From contig JBHLMI010000001.1 in the NCBI GenBank assembly GCA_048938295.1, positions 1 to 29,348 of the forward strand: a DNA stretch of 29,348 nucleotides. Reading direction: 5' to 3'. The notes below the pieces were generated by a model. That model saw only the letters and a program-made list of their open reading frames with translations. It had not been told where the DNA came from and searched no databases. Origin of the DNA: Promethearchaeota archaeon (GTDB lineage Archaea; Asgardarchaeota; Hermodarchaeia; Hermodarchaeales; Hermodarchaeaceae). Within the stretch, counting starts at the first letter, position 1. Each line of letters opens with the position of its first letter. Positions 16,750 to 25,702 of this stretch are shown piece after piece. Both the position numbers and the translations under genes were made by a program.

Positions 16750-18188
16750 GTTGACACACCTCCCAATCGAATCCCCCGCAATCTCACCGCATCAGGACCC
16801 GCCGTCCACACCGGCACACCCTGCCCCGGATCTGACTTCCCACAAATCGCTGTCCAACCTTCAAATCCCTTCGAACACGCATCAACCGCCTTAAACAGCC
16901 CACGCGATGTAATCTCAAGAGCTGGCCTCCGGACAAAGCGATCCGTAAGCTCCCCATCCTTAATCAACCGCACATACGAACCCACATACTTAGACTGATA
17001 CCGCCTATCATCGATGTTCCACTCTGAGAAGTTGTGCATGTAGATACCGTATTTGATGTCTTCAATCAGTTCTTCTTTCGTATAGTCCCCTGCTGCAATA
17101 TAGGTGTTAGACATTCGGGGGATGGGTTCGCGGTCGTAGTTGGTAGCCCGTGATGAGCCGTTGGATTGAGTGCCGGCTCGACCGGCGGAGAGTCGGTCGT
17201 GGAGCATTTCATTTGCAATACCGGCTTTTATGAGGTATCGGGGACGGGCTTTGACCCCTTCTTCATCATAGAGGTAGAATCCAGCACTTTCAGAGATGGT
17301 GGGGTCGTCGATGATAGTCACAGCTGGAGATCCAAGCCGCGTTGTACCGACCTCGATGTCCATCCAGAATGATTCGCCTGCGTTCATGCCTTCTCGACCC
17401 TGAATTCTGTCGGCTTCGGAAGGGTGACCGCAGTTTTCATGAGCAATAATGCCTGCTACTTCCGGACCGATAATCATATCGATGGGCTGGTCAAAGGTGA
17501 TATGTTCAGCTTTGTCAGCCACTTCCTTTACCTCCTTTGCTTCGGCAATAATTCGTTGGGCGAATTTTGAGGAGTCGATGAATTCCCATCCACCGGTCTC
17601 TCCGTGCATCACCAGGCGTTGTTCTGTTCCCTTCTCTCCTTGTGCAGTGAGTAATCCAAGGTATCGGGCGAGACTCAAATTGGATTCTACTTGGGTTCCT
17701 TCATTCGTTGCAATGTATTTTCGCTGGGTCTCCAATGCGGTTACAAGTACACGGTAGGGAAAGGCCTTGTCACCGAGTGTACTTGTGAGCTCTTTGTCCA
17801 CTTCTAAGACTCGATTTAGTTTGTCCCTAGAGTGAATATCTACAAACGGAGTTTTAACAGGAACCTCCCATTTCGCCTGGACACTCGGTTCTTCAGAGAG
17901 CTGTAGAGCTGTTTTTCGCTTAGAAGCTCGGGCTAGTTGAATGGCTGCATCTACGGCACGTTCAATTCCCGATTTTTCTACTCTTGATGTGGCAACAAAG
18001 CCGATGCCACCATTGGTCAGTACACGGATACCGATTCCTGCAGTCTCTTTTGATCCTGCTGCAAGAATATCGCCGTTTCGTGTACTATATCCTTCCACCA
18101 CGTTGTTCACGTAGCGGAGCTCGATGTATTTGGCTCCTTGAGTGGTGCCATAATCGACACCATGGTGCACTAAGTCATGAAACGTCAT
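16746..18188 (-). CDS. tldD: TldD-family metalloprotease (catalytic subunit)
   Basis: HENCGHPSEADR carries HExxxH; also DDP, YDEEG, RMSNTY and the C-terminal CGKSDPGQGVPV Cys ligand. Confidence 0.93.
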   Translation of the reverse strand: MTFHDLVHHGVDYGTTQGAKYIELRYVNNVVEGYSTRNGDILAAGSKETAGIGIRVLTNGGIGFVATSRVEKSGIERAVDAAIQLARASKRKTALQLSEEPSVQAKWEVPVKTPFVDIHSRDKLNRVLEVDKELTSTLGDKAFPYRVLVTALETQRKYIATNEGTQVESNLSLARYLGLLTAQGEKGTEQRLVMHGETGGWEFIDSSKFAQRIIAEAKEVKEVADKAEHITFDQPIDMIIGPEVAGIIAHENCGHPSEADRIQGREGMNAGESFWMDIEVGTTRLGSPAVTIIDDPTISESAGFYLYDEEGVKARPRYLIKAGIANEMLHDRLSAGRAGTQSNGSSRATNYDREPIPRMSNTYIAAGDYTKEELIEDIKYGIYMHNFSEWNIDDRRYQSKYVGSYVRLIKDGELTDRFVRRPALEITSRGLFKAVDACSKGFEGWTAICGKSDPGQGVPVWTAGPDAVRLRGIRLGGVST

Positions 18189-18283
18189 AGAATCAAAACG
18201 AACTGTATGTTTGACCCATAAAAGGGGTACTCATTCACTGGTTTCTCACAGGGAAGGCTGAGAATGTATTCTCAGGTTAGCTG

Positions 18284-19354
18284 TTACTGTTCCCAAAAAT
18301 ATTTACCTCGATTGTAGATGACAAAATCACCTGCAATGATCTTTCCGTCATCTTTCATGCTTTTGATGATGTCGACGTGAACGGCACTTTGGTTGGTTCC
18401 TTTACATTCAGGATATGCATTTCCTAATGCGCAATGAATCGTGTCACCGATTTTTTCATCAAAGAGCATGTTCAAGGTATATTTTTTGATTCCCCGGTTC
18501 GTTCCAATCGCCATTTCACCTAGATACCGGGAGCCGTCATCGGCGTTCAGTGCTGCTTCCAAGGCGTCTTGTCCTTTCTCTGCTGAGTGGTTGACAACTC
18601 TTCCCTTTTCGAATTCGAGATAGACTCCTTGAATTTCGGTGCCTGCATAGAGGAAGGGGATATCAAAGTAGATCTTTCCTTCGACGGTTTTTTCTTTGGG
18701 GCTTGTGAAGACTTCGCCACTGGGCATATTGTTTGTGCCTTCAGCAGACACCCACTTACGGTCCTTCGTTGAAGCTTTCAAGTCAGTGTCTTTTCCAATA
18801 AATCGAATTGTTGAGTGTTTTTGCAACTTGTCTCGCAGTTTTCGCATCAAAAGTGCTTCCTTTTCCCAGTCCAGCAACGTCGCTCCATATACAAAGTCCT
18901 GATACTCCGTCAAGCTCATTTTTGCCTCCTGAGCAAGTGCTTGATTCGGGTGAAGAGTCAAGCACCAACGCTTGTTGAGGACTTCTTCAGAGATAGGCTT
19001 AGTAGTTGTTTGCCGACGCATAAGCCGTTTCGGGTCCACTCCGGCCATTGCGCGAGTATTCGACGGCGAAGCCAATCGGATGAGCACATCTGAAGCCTTA
19101 ATCGCTTCCATTTGGTGTTTGGGAAAAACATCTAACGCTTGATCTGTCGCTGCATCCATATAACCTCGATTAATGTCTGACGAATCCATTACCGTCAAAG
19201 TTGCCGCCCCTCGCTCGGCACATTTCTTGACAACTTCAACCGCTAGTTGGTGTGCGTCTAAAGCTGATATCATGTAAACCATATCACCTGCCTGCACATT
19301 CGTGGAATATTCAACCAAGATTCGAGCGTGTTCCTTGATTCGTTGATCAGCCAT
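18284..19354 (-). CDS. M29-family (AmpS/AmpT thermophilic metallo-) aminopeptidase
   Basis: Motifs NMPSGEVFTSP, GEMAIGTN, LFDEKIG, HCALG and SAVHVD. Start at MADQR (19354); 19375 is an alternative. Confidence 0.93.
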   Translation of the reverse strand: MADQRIKEHARILVEYSTNVQAGDMVYMISALDAHQLAVEVVKKCAERGAATLTVMDSSDINRGYMDAATDQALDVFPKHQMEAIKASDVLIRLASPSNTRAMAGVDPKRLMRRQTTTKPISEEVLNKRWCLTLHPNQALAQEAKMSLTEYQDFVYGATLLDWEKEALLMRKLRDKLQKHSTIRFIGKDTDLKASTKDRKWVSAEGTNNMPSGEVFTSPKEKTVEGKIYFDIPFLYAGTEIQGVYLEFEKGRVVNHSAEKGQDALEAALNADDGSRYLGEMAIGTNRGIKKYTLNMLFDEKIGDTIHCALGNAYPECKGTNQSAVHVDIIKSMKDDGKIIAGDFVIYNRGKYFWEQ

Positions 19355-19490
19355 ATTCAGACCAGCCTCGTTCATCGACTGCTACACAAGAAACAGAAGC
19401 GGTCATATAATCATTTGCGTTGTCTCCCAAAACCTCCTCACTAGGAAGTCGTATGTGCCTTCATGAACGACCACTTATGATGTGTTCTTA

Positions 19491-19512
19491 GATAATTCGA
19501 TGTACAATTATC
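19491..19512. repeat. Perfect 7-8-7 inverted repeat in an intergenic region
   Basis: GATAATT-CGATGTAC-AATTATC. Confidence 0.7.
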
Positions 19513-19543
19513 AATTCCATGAAGAAAAGCAGCTCTATGTGAG

Positions 19544-20971
19544 TTATTGGGTTTGTAATGACAAGCCACGAGATTTTCGATAGATAATATAAAGTAAGAA
19601 GCCTACTAGAAACCAGACAAATCCCGCCAAGCGTCCGAATTCCTTAAACAAAACAACAATCAACCACACAGCAGCACATGAAATAACGCCAATCGCTGCG
19701 GGTAGGGGTACTTCTATTTTTTTGCCACCACGCCACGGTATGGTGATTGTACCTGGGACTCGCCAGGGTCGATGTATATTAGGTTGAGTATTCCGGAGTT
19801 GAATTAATGCAAGATTCACCATAACGTAGCTTATCAGAGCACCAAAGGCATACAAGTCAACCAGTAAATTTAGATCACCAAGAAATGCAAATCCTACACC
19901 AATTGCAGAGAAAAGAACTATGCTGCGGTAAGGTGTACGGTATTTTGAATGCAATTTATTAAACCATTGAGGAATAAGCTTAGATCGGCTCATCTCATAC
20001 GATACTCGACTTACACCCACAATTCCAGCATTAGCACTAACATAGCTAATTGTTACACCAATAATCGCAATGAAAGGGGCAAGAATAAATGCCCACGGTA
20101 AGTAGCTTGCAACAACTGCTAAGGGGTTAGCCGTTCCTTCCGCGATGAGTGGCCATGGTACAATCCCCAATGCAAGAAGTGACACGGTCACAGTGAAGAA
20201 AATTATACAAACGATAAGGGCAAGTGTTGATCGGGTAATTGTTTTTCCAGGATTTTTAGTCTCCTCGGCAGCTTCTGAAATAGATTCTAGTCCGATGAAA
20301 CTAACCGTAGCAACACTGATAGAGTAAAGAAAACTGCCTACTGTGGGAGTCACACCCCACTGGATTTGCGATAATAGAAATGCCCAATTCCACACGGTGA
20401 CAAATCCAATAACCAATAAGAGGCCGAGTCCTACAAGGCAGAGGGCTACAAACACGATATTTAGGTTTGCACTTTCTCGAATTCCTAGATAATTCAAGAA
20501 GATGAGAAAAACCATGAGAGTGGCTGCTATCATACCCATCACACTGATAGGAAAAGGTCCGATTAGGATGTGTGCGAATATAATTGTTGGAAAGAAGAAT
20601 CCTAGATAGCCAATTGCGATTAAAGCAAATAGAGGAATGCAGATGGTATAATCCAGAAGTAATCCCCATCCTGCAATGAAGCCTGCGATGTCTCCAAATG
20701 CTTTTCGCGCATATACAGACCCTCCACCAGCAATAGGGTAAGTGGATGCAAGCTCAGTATAGCTGAGACCTGTACAGGCATATAGTATGGATGCAATGAG
20801 AAACGCAAGTGGAGCCGCACCCATAGCCCACACAACAACGACGCCGAGAGCTAGGAAAATATCTGCACCAATATCAGCAAATCCCATTCCAAAACTTCCC
20901 CAAAACCCAAGTGTTCTAACTAAACTCACTTGTTCTTTTTCTTCTTGGGGCTTTTGGGTTCTAGGAGTCAT
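19544..20971 (-). CDS. APC-superfamily amino acid permease
   Basis: About 12 TM segments with GADIF in TM1, YTELAS..PIAGG..Y, FIGLESIS..AEE..NP, SR..YEMSR..LIP and HxKYRTP. Confidence 0.93.
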   Translation of the reverse strand: MTPRTQKPQEEKEQVSLVRTLGFWGSFGMGFADIGADIFLALGVVVVWAMGAAPLAFLIASILYACTGLSYTELASTYPIAGGGSVYARKAFGDIAGFIAGWGLLLDYTICIPLFALIAIGYLGFFFPTIIFAHILIGPFPISVMGMIAATLMVFLIFLNYLGIRESANLNIVFVALCLVGLGLLLVIGFVTVWNWAFLLSQIQWGVTPTVGSFLYSISVATVSFIGLESISEAAEETKNPGKTITRSTLALIVCIIFFTVTVSLLALGIVPWPLIAEGTANPLAVVASYLPWAFILAPFIAIIGVTISYVSANAGIVGVSRVSYEMSRSKLIPQWFNKLHSKYRTPYRSIVLFSAIGVGFAFLGDLNLLVDLYAFGALISYVMVNLALIQLRNTQPNIHRPWRVPGTITIPWRGGKKIEVPLPAAIGVISCAAVWLIVVLFKEFGRLAGFVWFLVGFLLYIIYRKSRGLSLQTQ

Positions 20972-21001
20972 GTTTGCTCAGCTCGGATTTATTTTGCTTG
21001 A

Positions 21002-21886
21002 TTAATTCGGTCCAAAAATCATGACAACCGCCGCATTAGACTCGGTGGCAATTTTACGCGATAGTCTACCCAAAAAACCACCAAATCTGTGTGGTTTCTG
21101 ATGGATGCCTAAAATAATTAGATCAACTTGTTCTTCGGTTGCTATCTCAATGGCTGCATCACTAAGCTCTCTAGCTGCCACGTGTATAGGTTTAATTTTG
21201 ATTCTAGTTCGATTGGAAAAGATATTCATATCCTTGATGAAGTGTTCACGTTCAATCTGGATTTCAGGGGCATCTGTTGCTGTTAGACTTGTTACTAAAG
21301 GTAAGAGGGTAATATTCAGTGCAATTAGTTCAGCTGTTTTGGCCGCAGAACTTTTCTTCAAAGCCACAGCTAATTGAAGAGCTGAAAAGTCTTGACGTTT
21401 ACTTCGAATTGGAATTAGGATTTTTCGAAGCACTGGTTCTTGGTGTTTAGTGAAATCCTCTAACCACGATGCAATGACTAACAGTGGTACATTAGTTTTC
21501 CTTGCTACTCGGCGAGCTGTGGATCCGTATATGTATTTGTGATGAGACTTTTGTGCAGCTGTCATGATAATCAGATCGCTTTCTTGTTTATGACTTGATG
21601 TTAGAATAGCATCCGAAGCTCGAAAACGCGTTATTTCCTCAAAATCAAATGGAACCTGCAGGAGAACAGAAAGGGATTTTATGTGTCCTGATAAACGATT
21701 AAGCCAATATTCACTTATTTGACTAAAGCGTTCTTTACAATGTAAGACAGAAATTCTTGCCTTTGAAAATTCTGCCAAGTAGAATGCTAGATTAATCGCA
21801 CTCACTTCTGCAGGAAATCCTTGAACCGGGACAAGAATACGTTTCATCCTTGGCTCTTTCCATTCTTCAGAGAACAAAAAGCTCAT
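21002..21886 (-). CDS. Tandem universal stress protein (two USP domains)
   Basis: KRILVP...SDLIIM...YGSTARRVARKT..PLLV, then RKILIP...DLIILG...LGRLSRKIA. Confidence 0.88.
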   Translation of the reverse strand: MSFLFSEEWKEPRMKRILVPVQGFPAEVSAINLAFYLAEFSKARISVLHCKERFSQISEYWLNRLSGHIKSLSVLLQVPFDFEEITRFRASDAILTSSHKQESDLIIMTAAQKSHHKYIYGSTARRVARKTNVPLLVIASWLEDFTKHQEPVLRKILIPIRSKRQDFSALQLAVALKKSSAAKTAELIALNITLLPLVTSLTATDAPEIQIEREHFIKDMNIFSNRTRIKIKPIHVAARELSDAAIEIATEEQVDLIILGIHQKPHRFGGFLGRLSRKIATESNAAVVMIFGPN

Positions 21887-22361
21887 GAATAATCTGCTCC
21901 CAAATCTGTATCAAGAAAAAATTTGTACTACTCTTTTTTTTCAAAGACGGACTCGAAGCCTAGTATCCATATGGGCTATAAAGACTTTCAGTATTAACAC
22001 AGAGATAGATGTTATGCGTTTTACAATCTGTTGGATCATCACTACATTGTGAGTTCAAAATAATTCATTCTTTATTCAAATCGGTTTCATGATATTCTCA
22101 CAACCTGCGAATCATGCTCATTATATCCAAATTTCTCGCGTGTTTTGGATTCTTAATATGTGTTGGGGGAAGGAGAGGATGATGAAAAACGGTTTGGACT
22201 CTTTGAAATAACTAATGGAACTCAGATCTAAAGAAGTGAATGCTGCACTCAAAGAAAAAGAGAACCAGCCATAAGACTTTTGAAAAGAGAGAACCCAACC
22301 CTCAACCCGACTACTCGAAATAATGTTCCACTTTCATTAACAAAATTCAGAGTGATCTATT

Positions 22362-23513
22362 GTGACAGTGGCAATAATTGGAATTGGGTGCACATCATTT
22401 AATTCGGTAACGGCAGATGTTTCGTTTAAGGAGCAGATGTTTGAAGCAGCGGTCAAAGCCTACGCGGATGCAGGTGTCAACGCCCGCGAAGACATTGGCA
22501 GCTTCCTTGCTGCAGCTGAAGACTACTGGGAAGGGTATTCCATCTTTGATGAGTTTGTCCCCGACCAACTCGGTGCCGTGCTCCGATCCGTATGTACGAT
22601 TGGAGGTGACGGTCTGCTTGCACTGGCCAACGGTGCCATGCAGATTGAAACCGGATTATTTGACGTGGTAGCAATCGAGGCGCATAGCAAGGCCTCGGAT
22701 ATGCTCACCTTTGATGGTATTTTGACTCATGCCTTAGACCCGGTCTATAATCGTGCATTCAACGTCCACCCCTACTTTATCGCGGGATTGGAAATGCAAC
22801 GATACTTGCATGAGACCAAAACAACGCGGGAACAATGCGCTGCCGTCGTTGTGAAAAACAAACGCAACGCCATGGACAACCCCTTGGCCGCATATCCTGC
22901 AGATATGACAGTTGACGAAGTCATCAATTCCACGATGGTCTCCCATCCCCTGACCCAACGCGACATTAGCCCACTGGCCGATGGCATGATTGTCATGGTC
23001 CTCGCTTCCGAAAAGAAAGCCAAAGAACTCTCCGACCATCCTATCTGGATCAAGGGGCTGGGTTGGTGTTCTGATACACCTTGGCTCGAAGCACGAGATT
23101 GGGGAGCCGCGGGATATACCAACCTCGCACGGGATCGTGCATACAAACGCGCAGGCATCAAAAACCCCCGCAAAGAGTTCGACTTTGCTGAAGTTGATGA
23201 CTATTTCTCGTACAAGGAACTTCAACATCTTGAAGCCCTTCAACTGTGCGAACCTGGCAAAGCCGGGAAACTCGCAGAAGCCGGCGAATTCAATCGCGAT
23301 GGCGCATTCCCCGTCAACGTTTCAGGCGGACGACTCGGTGCAGGAAACCTCATCGAAGCCTCCGCATTACAGTCGGTCTTAGAGTGCGTCTATCAGTTGC
23401 GTGGACACGCTGGGAAGCGTCAAGTTAAGAACGCCAGAACCGCTCTTGCCCACAGCTGGCGTGGGGTCCCCACTGCAAGCGGTTGCGTCGCTGTATTAAG
23501 CAACGAAAACTAA
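22362..23513 (+). CDS. Thiolase-fold protein lacking the nucleophilic Cys (Ltp4-like archaeal family)
   Basis: VAIIGIG, AVVVKNKRNA..NP, ISPLADG, FAEVDDYF and PVNVSGG. The nucleophile loop reads CTIGGDG instead of NxCxSG. GTG start follows SD GAGTGAT. Confidence 0.85.
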   Translation: MTVAIIGIGCTSFNSVTADVSFKEQMFEAAVKAYADAGVNAREDIGSFLAAAEDYWEGYSIFDEFVPDQLGAVLRSVCTIGGDGLLALANGAMQIETGLFDVVAIEAHSKASDMLTFDGILTHALDPVYNRAFNVHPYFIAGLEMQRYLHETKTTREQCAAVVVKNKRNAMDNPLAAYPADMTVDEVINSTMVSHPLTQRDISPLADGMIVMVLASEKKAKELSDHPIWIKGLGWCSDTPWLEARDWGAAGYTNLARDRAYKRAGIKNPRKEFDFAEVDDYFSYKELQHLEALQLCEPGKAGKLAEAGEFNRDGAFPVNVSGGRLGAGNLIEASALQSVLECVYQLRGHAGKRQVKNARTALAHSWRGVPTASGCVAVLSNEN

Positions 23514-23530
23514 CCAAGGAGGAACACACA

Positions 23531-24700
23531 ATGAACATTAAAAAACGCGTAGCTGTCATAGGTGCCGGAATCACACTCTATCGCCGACGCCTTAAAGAAT
23601 CCGGGAAAGAACTCTCATTCTACGCCGCTAACATGGCCCTCGAATCCGCTGGCATGACACGCGACGACATCGACAGCGTCGTAATGGGAACGGCTCCCGA
23701 TGCCTTCGATGGCATCCATCTCAAATCCGAAAACCTCCTCGATGGTGCAGGCGCAACCCAAAAACCCTATACTCACGTCTACGTCGGCGGTGGCACTGGT
23801 GTCTTCTCACCAATCGGTGGTTGGTGGCACATCGCATCCGGCATGCACGACACCTGCCTCGTTGTTTGCGAAGAAAAAATGAGCCCATGCTTCCCCCACC
23901 CACAAACCGCCTTCCGCACCATATGGGATCCAATCATCAGCCGCCCACTCAACCCCAACCTCGTCTGGATCTTCGCACTCGAAATGCACCGCTACATGAA
24001 AGTCCACGGTATTCCCAAAGAGCACATCGCCCAAGTGGCCGTTAAAAACAAAGGCAACGCCCTCGACCACCCCAGTGCACAACTTGCTGCCAAAATCACC
24101 GTTGATGATGTCCTCAACTCCGAGATCATGGTCTACCCAGTCAACCGCCTCGACATCAGCCCCCCCAGCGACGGCGCAGCAGCTCTCGTCCTCGCCTCCG
24201 AAGATGTCGCTCGCAAATACACTGATGCCCCAGTCTGGCTCGACGGCGTCGGCTGGTCCCTGGACAGCGCCTACTGGACCAACCGTGACCTCTACTTCCC
24301 TCAATATGTCGCCGAAGCCGCAAAAATGGCCTACAAAATGGCCAAAATTAACAATCCCCGCAAAGAAGTCAGCTTCGCGGAGCCATACGACCCGTTCACC
24401 TACAAGGAGCTGCATCATACGGAGGGTTTGTTGCTGGCTGATAAAGGTCAGGCTCCTAAATTGACGGTGGAAGGCGTCACGGCACGGGATGGTGATATGC
24501 CAATCTGTCCGTCGGGCGGATTGCTTGGTGTCGGGAATCCGATTGCCGCCGCTGGGATGATGAAGTGTTGTGAAGCCTTCTGGCAGCTTCGGAATGAAGC
24601 TGGGAAGCGACAGGTTCCCAAGGCAGAAATAGGTGTCTGCCAGGCTTGGGGTGATTTAATGCAGGTCGGAACGGTCTGTGTCTTCAAGAGGGATAGCTAG
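23531..24700 (+). CDS. Thiolase-fold protein lacking the nucleophilic Cys (Ltp3-like archaeal family)
   Basis: RVAVIGAG, GTAPDAFDG, VAVKNKGNA, PPSDGAAA, AEPYDPF, CPSGGLLGVGNP and CQAWG. The nucleophile loop reads VYVGGGTG. ATG 23531 follows SD AAGGAGG. Confidence 0.88.
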   Translation: MNIKKRVAVIGAGITLYRRRLKESGKELSFYAANMALESAGMTRDDIDSVVMGTAPDAFDGIHLKSENLLDGAGATQKPYTHVYVGGGTGVFSPIGGWWHIASGMHDTCLVVCEEKMSPCFPHPQTAFRTIWDPIISRPLNPNLVWIFALEMHRYMKVHGIPKEHIAQVAVKNKGNALDHPSAQLAAKITVDDVLNSEIMVYPVNRLDISPPSDGAAALVLASEDVARKYTDAPVWLDGVGWSLDSAYWTNRDLYFPQYVAEAAKMAYKMAKINNPRKEVSFAEPYDPFTYKELHHTEGLLLADKGQAPKLTVEGVTARDGDMPICPSGGLLGVGNPIAAAGMMKCCEAFWQLRNEAGKRQVPKAEIGVCQAWGDLMQVGTVCVFKRDS

Positions 24701-24706
24701 GGAGGG

Positions 24707-25225
24707 ATGCCAATGAGCAAAGATATGAAAGAACTGCCAGGAACTCCGCTCTCAAGTAAGGAACTCAAATCGGATAAAGTAATTACCTTTAAATGGCGCC
24801 CGAACGCGAAGTATGCGTGGAGTGCTGGAATAGCCTACGGTCGTTTCCTTGAGGAGCTCAAAGAAGGTCGCATCATTGGTCGCCGCTGTAGCCGCTGTGA
24901 ACGCATCATTGTACCTCCTCGGATGTTCTGCGAACATTGTTTTGTCGCGACGAATGAGTGGGTGTACTGTAAGGATACAGGCACCATCAACACGTTTTCT
25001 TTGTCATACCTGGATGCCGATGCGAACCGCATCAAGGAACCGATTCCGGTTGCAGTGATTGACATTGATGGCGCAAGCCCGGGAGTGGGGCTGCTCCATA
25101 TTCTGGGAAATGTCGACCCGAAGAAGATTGATGTCGGGATGAAGGTGAAAGCAGTCTGGAAGCCTCCTGAAAAACGGGAAGGCGCTGTGACTGACATTCT
25201 CTACTGGGAACCCATGGAGGATTGA
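24707..25225 (+). CDS. DUF35 Zn-ribbon/OB-fold protein 1
   Basis: GRRCSRC...VPPRMFCEHC and GTINTFS, followed by an OB-fold C-terminus; GGAGG SD. Confidence 0.9.
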   Translation: MPMSKDMKELPGTPLSSKELKSDKVITFKWRPNAKYAWSAGIAYGRFLEELKEGRIIGRRCSRCERIIVPPRMFCEHCFVATNEWVYCKDTGTINTFSLSYLDADANRIKEPIPVAVIDIDGASPGVGLLHILGNVDPKKIDVGMKVKAVWKPPEKREGAVTDILYWEPMED

Positions 25226-25230
25226 AAAAA

Positions 25231-25701
25231 ATGTCGTTTGATAAAATTCGCGATCCACGTAAAATCCGCCACCAAATCGGAGACATGGAATGTGATTATA
25301 TCTACACGGCCGGAGTGGCGGGCGAACGCTTCTACATCGCCTTACGAGATGAGGAAAAGTTGCTAGCAACCCACTGTGACAAGTGTAACATTACCTTCAT
25401 GCCTCCACGCATGTACTGTGACAAATGTTTCGCAGAGCTCGCCAATTTTATGGAAGTGCCATCCATTGGGGTCATCGAATCATACACGATTACCTACTTT
25501 GACCGTGATGGGCAACCACTTCCAGACCCAGAAGTCTTGGCCTTTGTGAAAATCGACAAGACGAATGGTGGACTGATCCATCGGATTGGCGAAATCAAGC
25601 CTGAATCACTAAAAATCGGCACCAAGGTCACAGCCGTTTTTAGGGCGAAGAATGAACGGAAAGGTGCCTTAACCGATATCAAATACTTCAAACCTGCCTA
25701 G
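25231..25701 (+). CDS. DUF35 Zn-ribbon/OB-fold protein 2
   Basis: THCDKC...MPPRMYCDKC, GVIESYT and IGTKVTAVF. ATG 25231; TTG 25222 is an alternative. Confidence 0.9.
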   Translation: MSFDKIRDPRKIRHQIGDMECDYIYTAGVAGERFYIALRDEEKLLATHCDKCNITFMPPRMYCDKCFAELANFMEVPSIGVIESYTITYFDRDGQPLPDPEVLAFVKIDKTNGGLIHRIGEIKPESLKIGTKVTAVFRAKNERKGALTDIKYFKPA

Positions 25702-25702
25702 T

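Noticed and set aside
21887-22361. Possible CRISPR, tRNA, IS remnant or small gene in the longest intergenic region
   Set aside because: I saw no direct-repeat array, cloverleaf, terminal inverted repeats or ORF above about 20 codons with a good start. A ncRNA cannot be excluded without Infernal.
23483-23530. N-terminal extension MRRCIKQRKLTKEEHT of the second thiolase-like protein
   Set aside because: It overlaps the previous gene's end and contains the AAGGAGG SD for ATG 23531, which is the more likely start.
7192-25701. HMGR + thiolase/DUF35 as the archaeal mevalonate thiolase-HMGS-DUF35 complex
   Set aside because: There is no HMG-CoA synthase in the window, the genes are 14 kb apart, and these thiolase-fold proteins lack the catalytic Cys needed for acetoacetyl-CoA synthesis.
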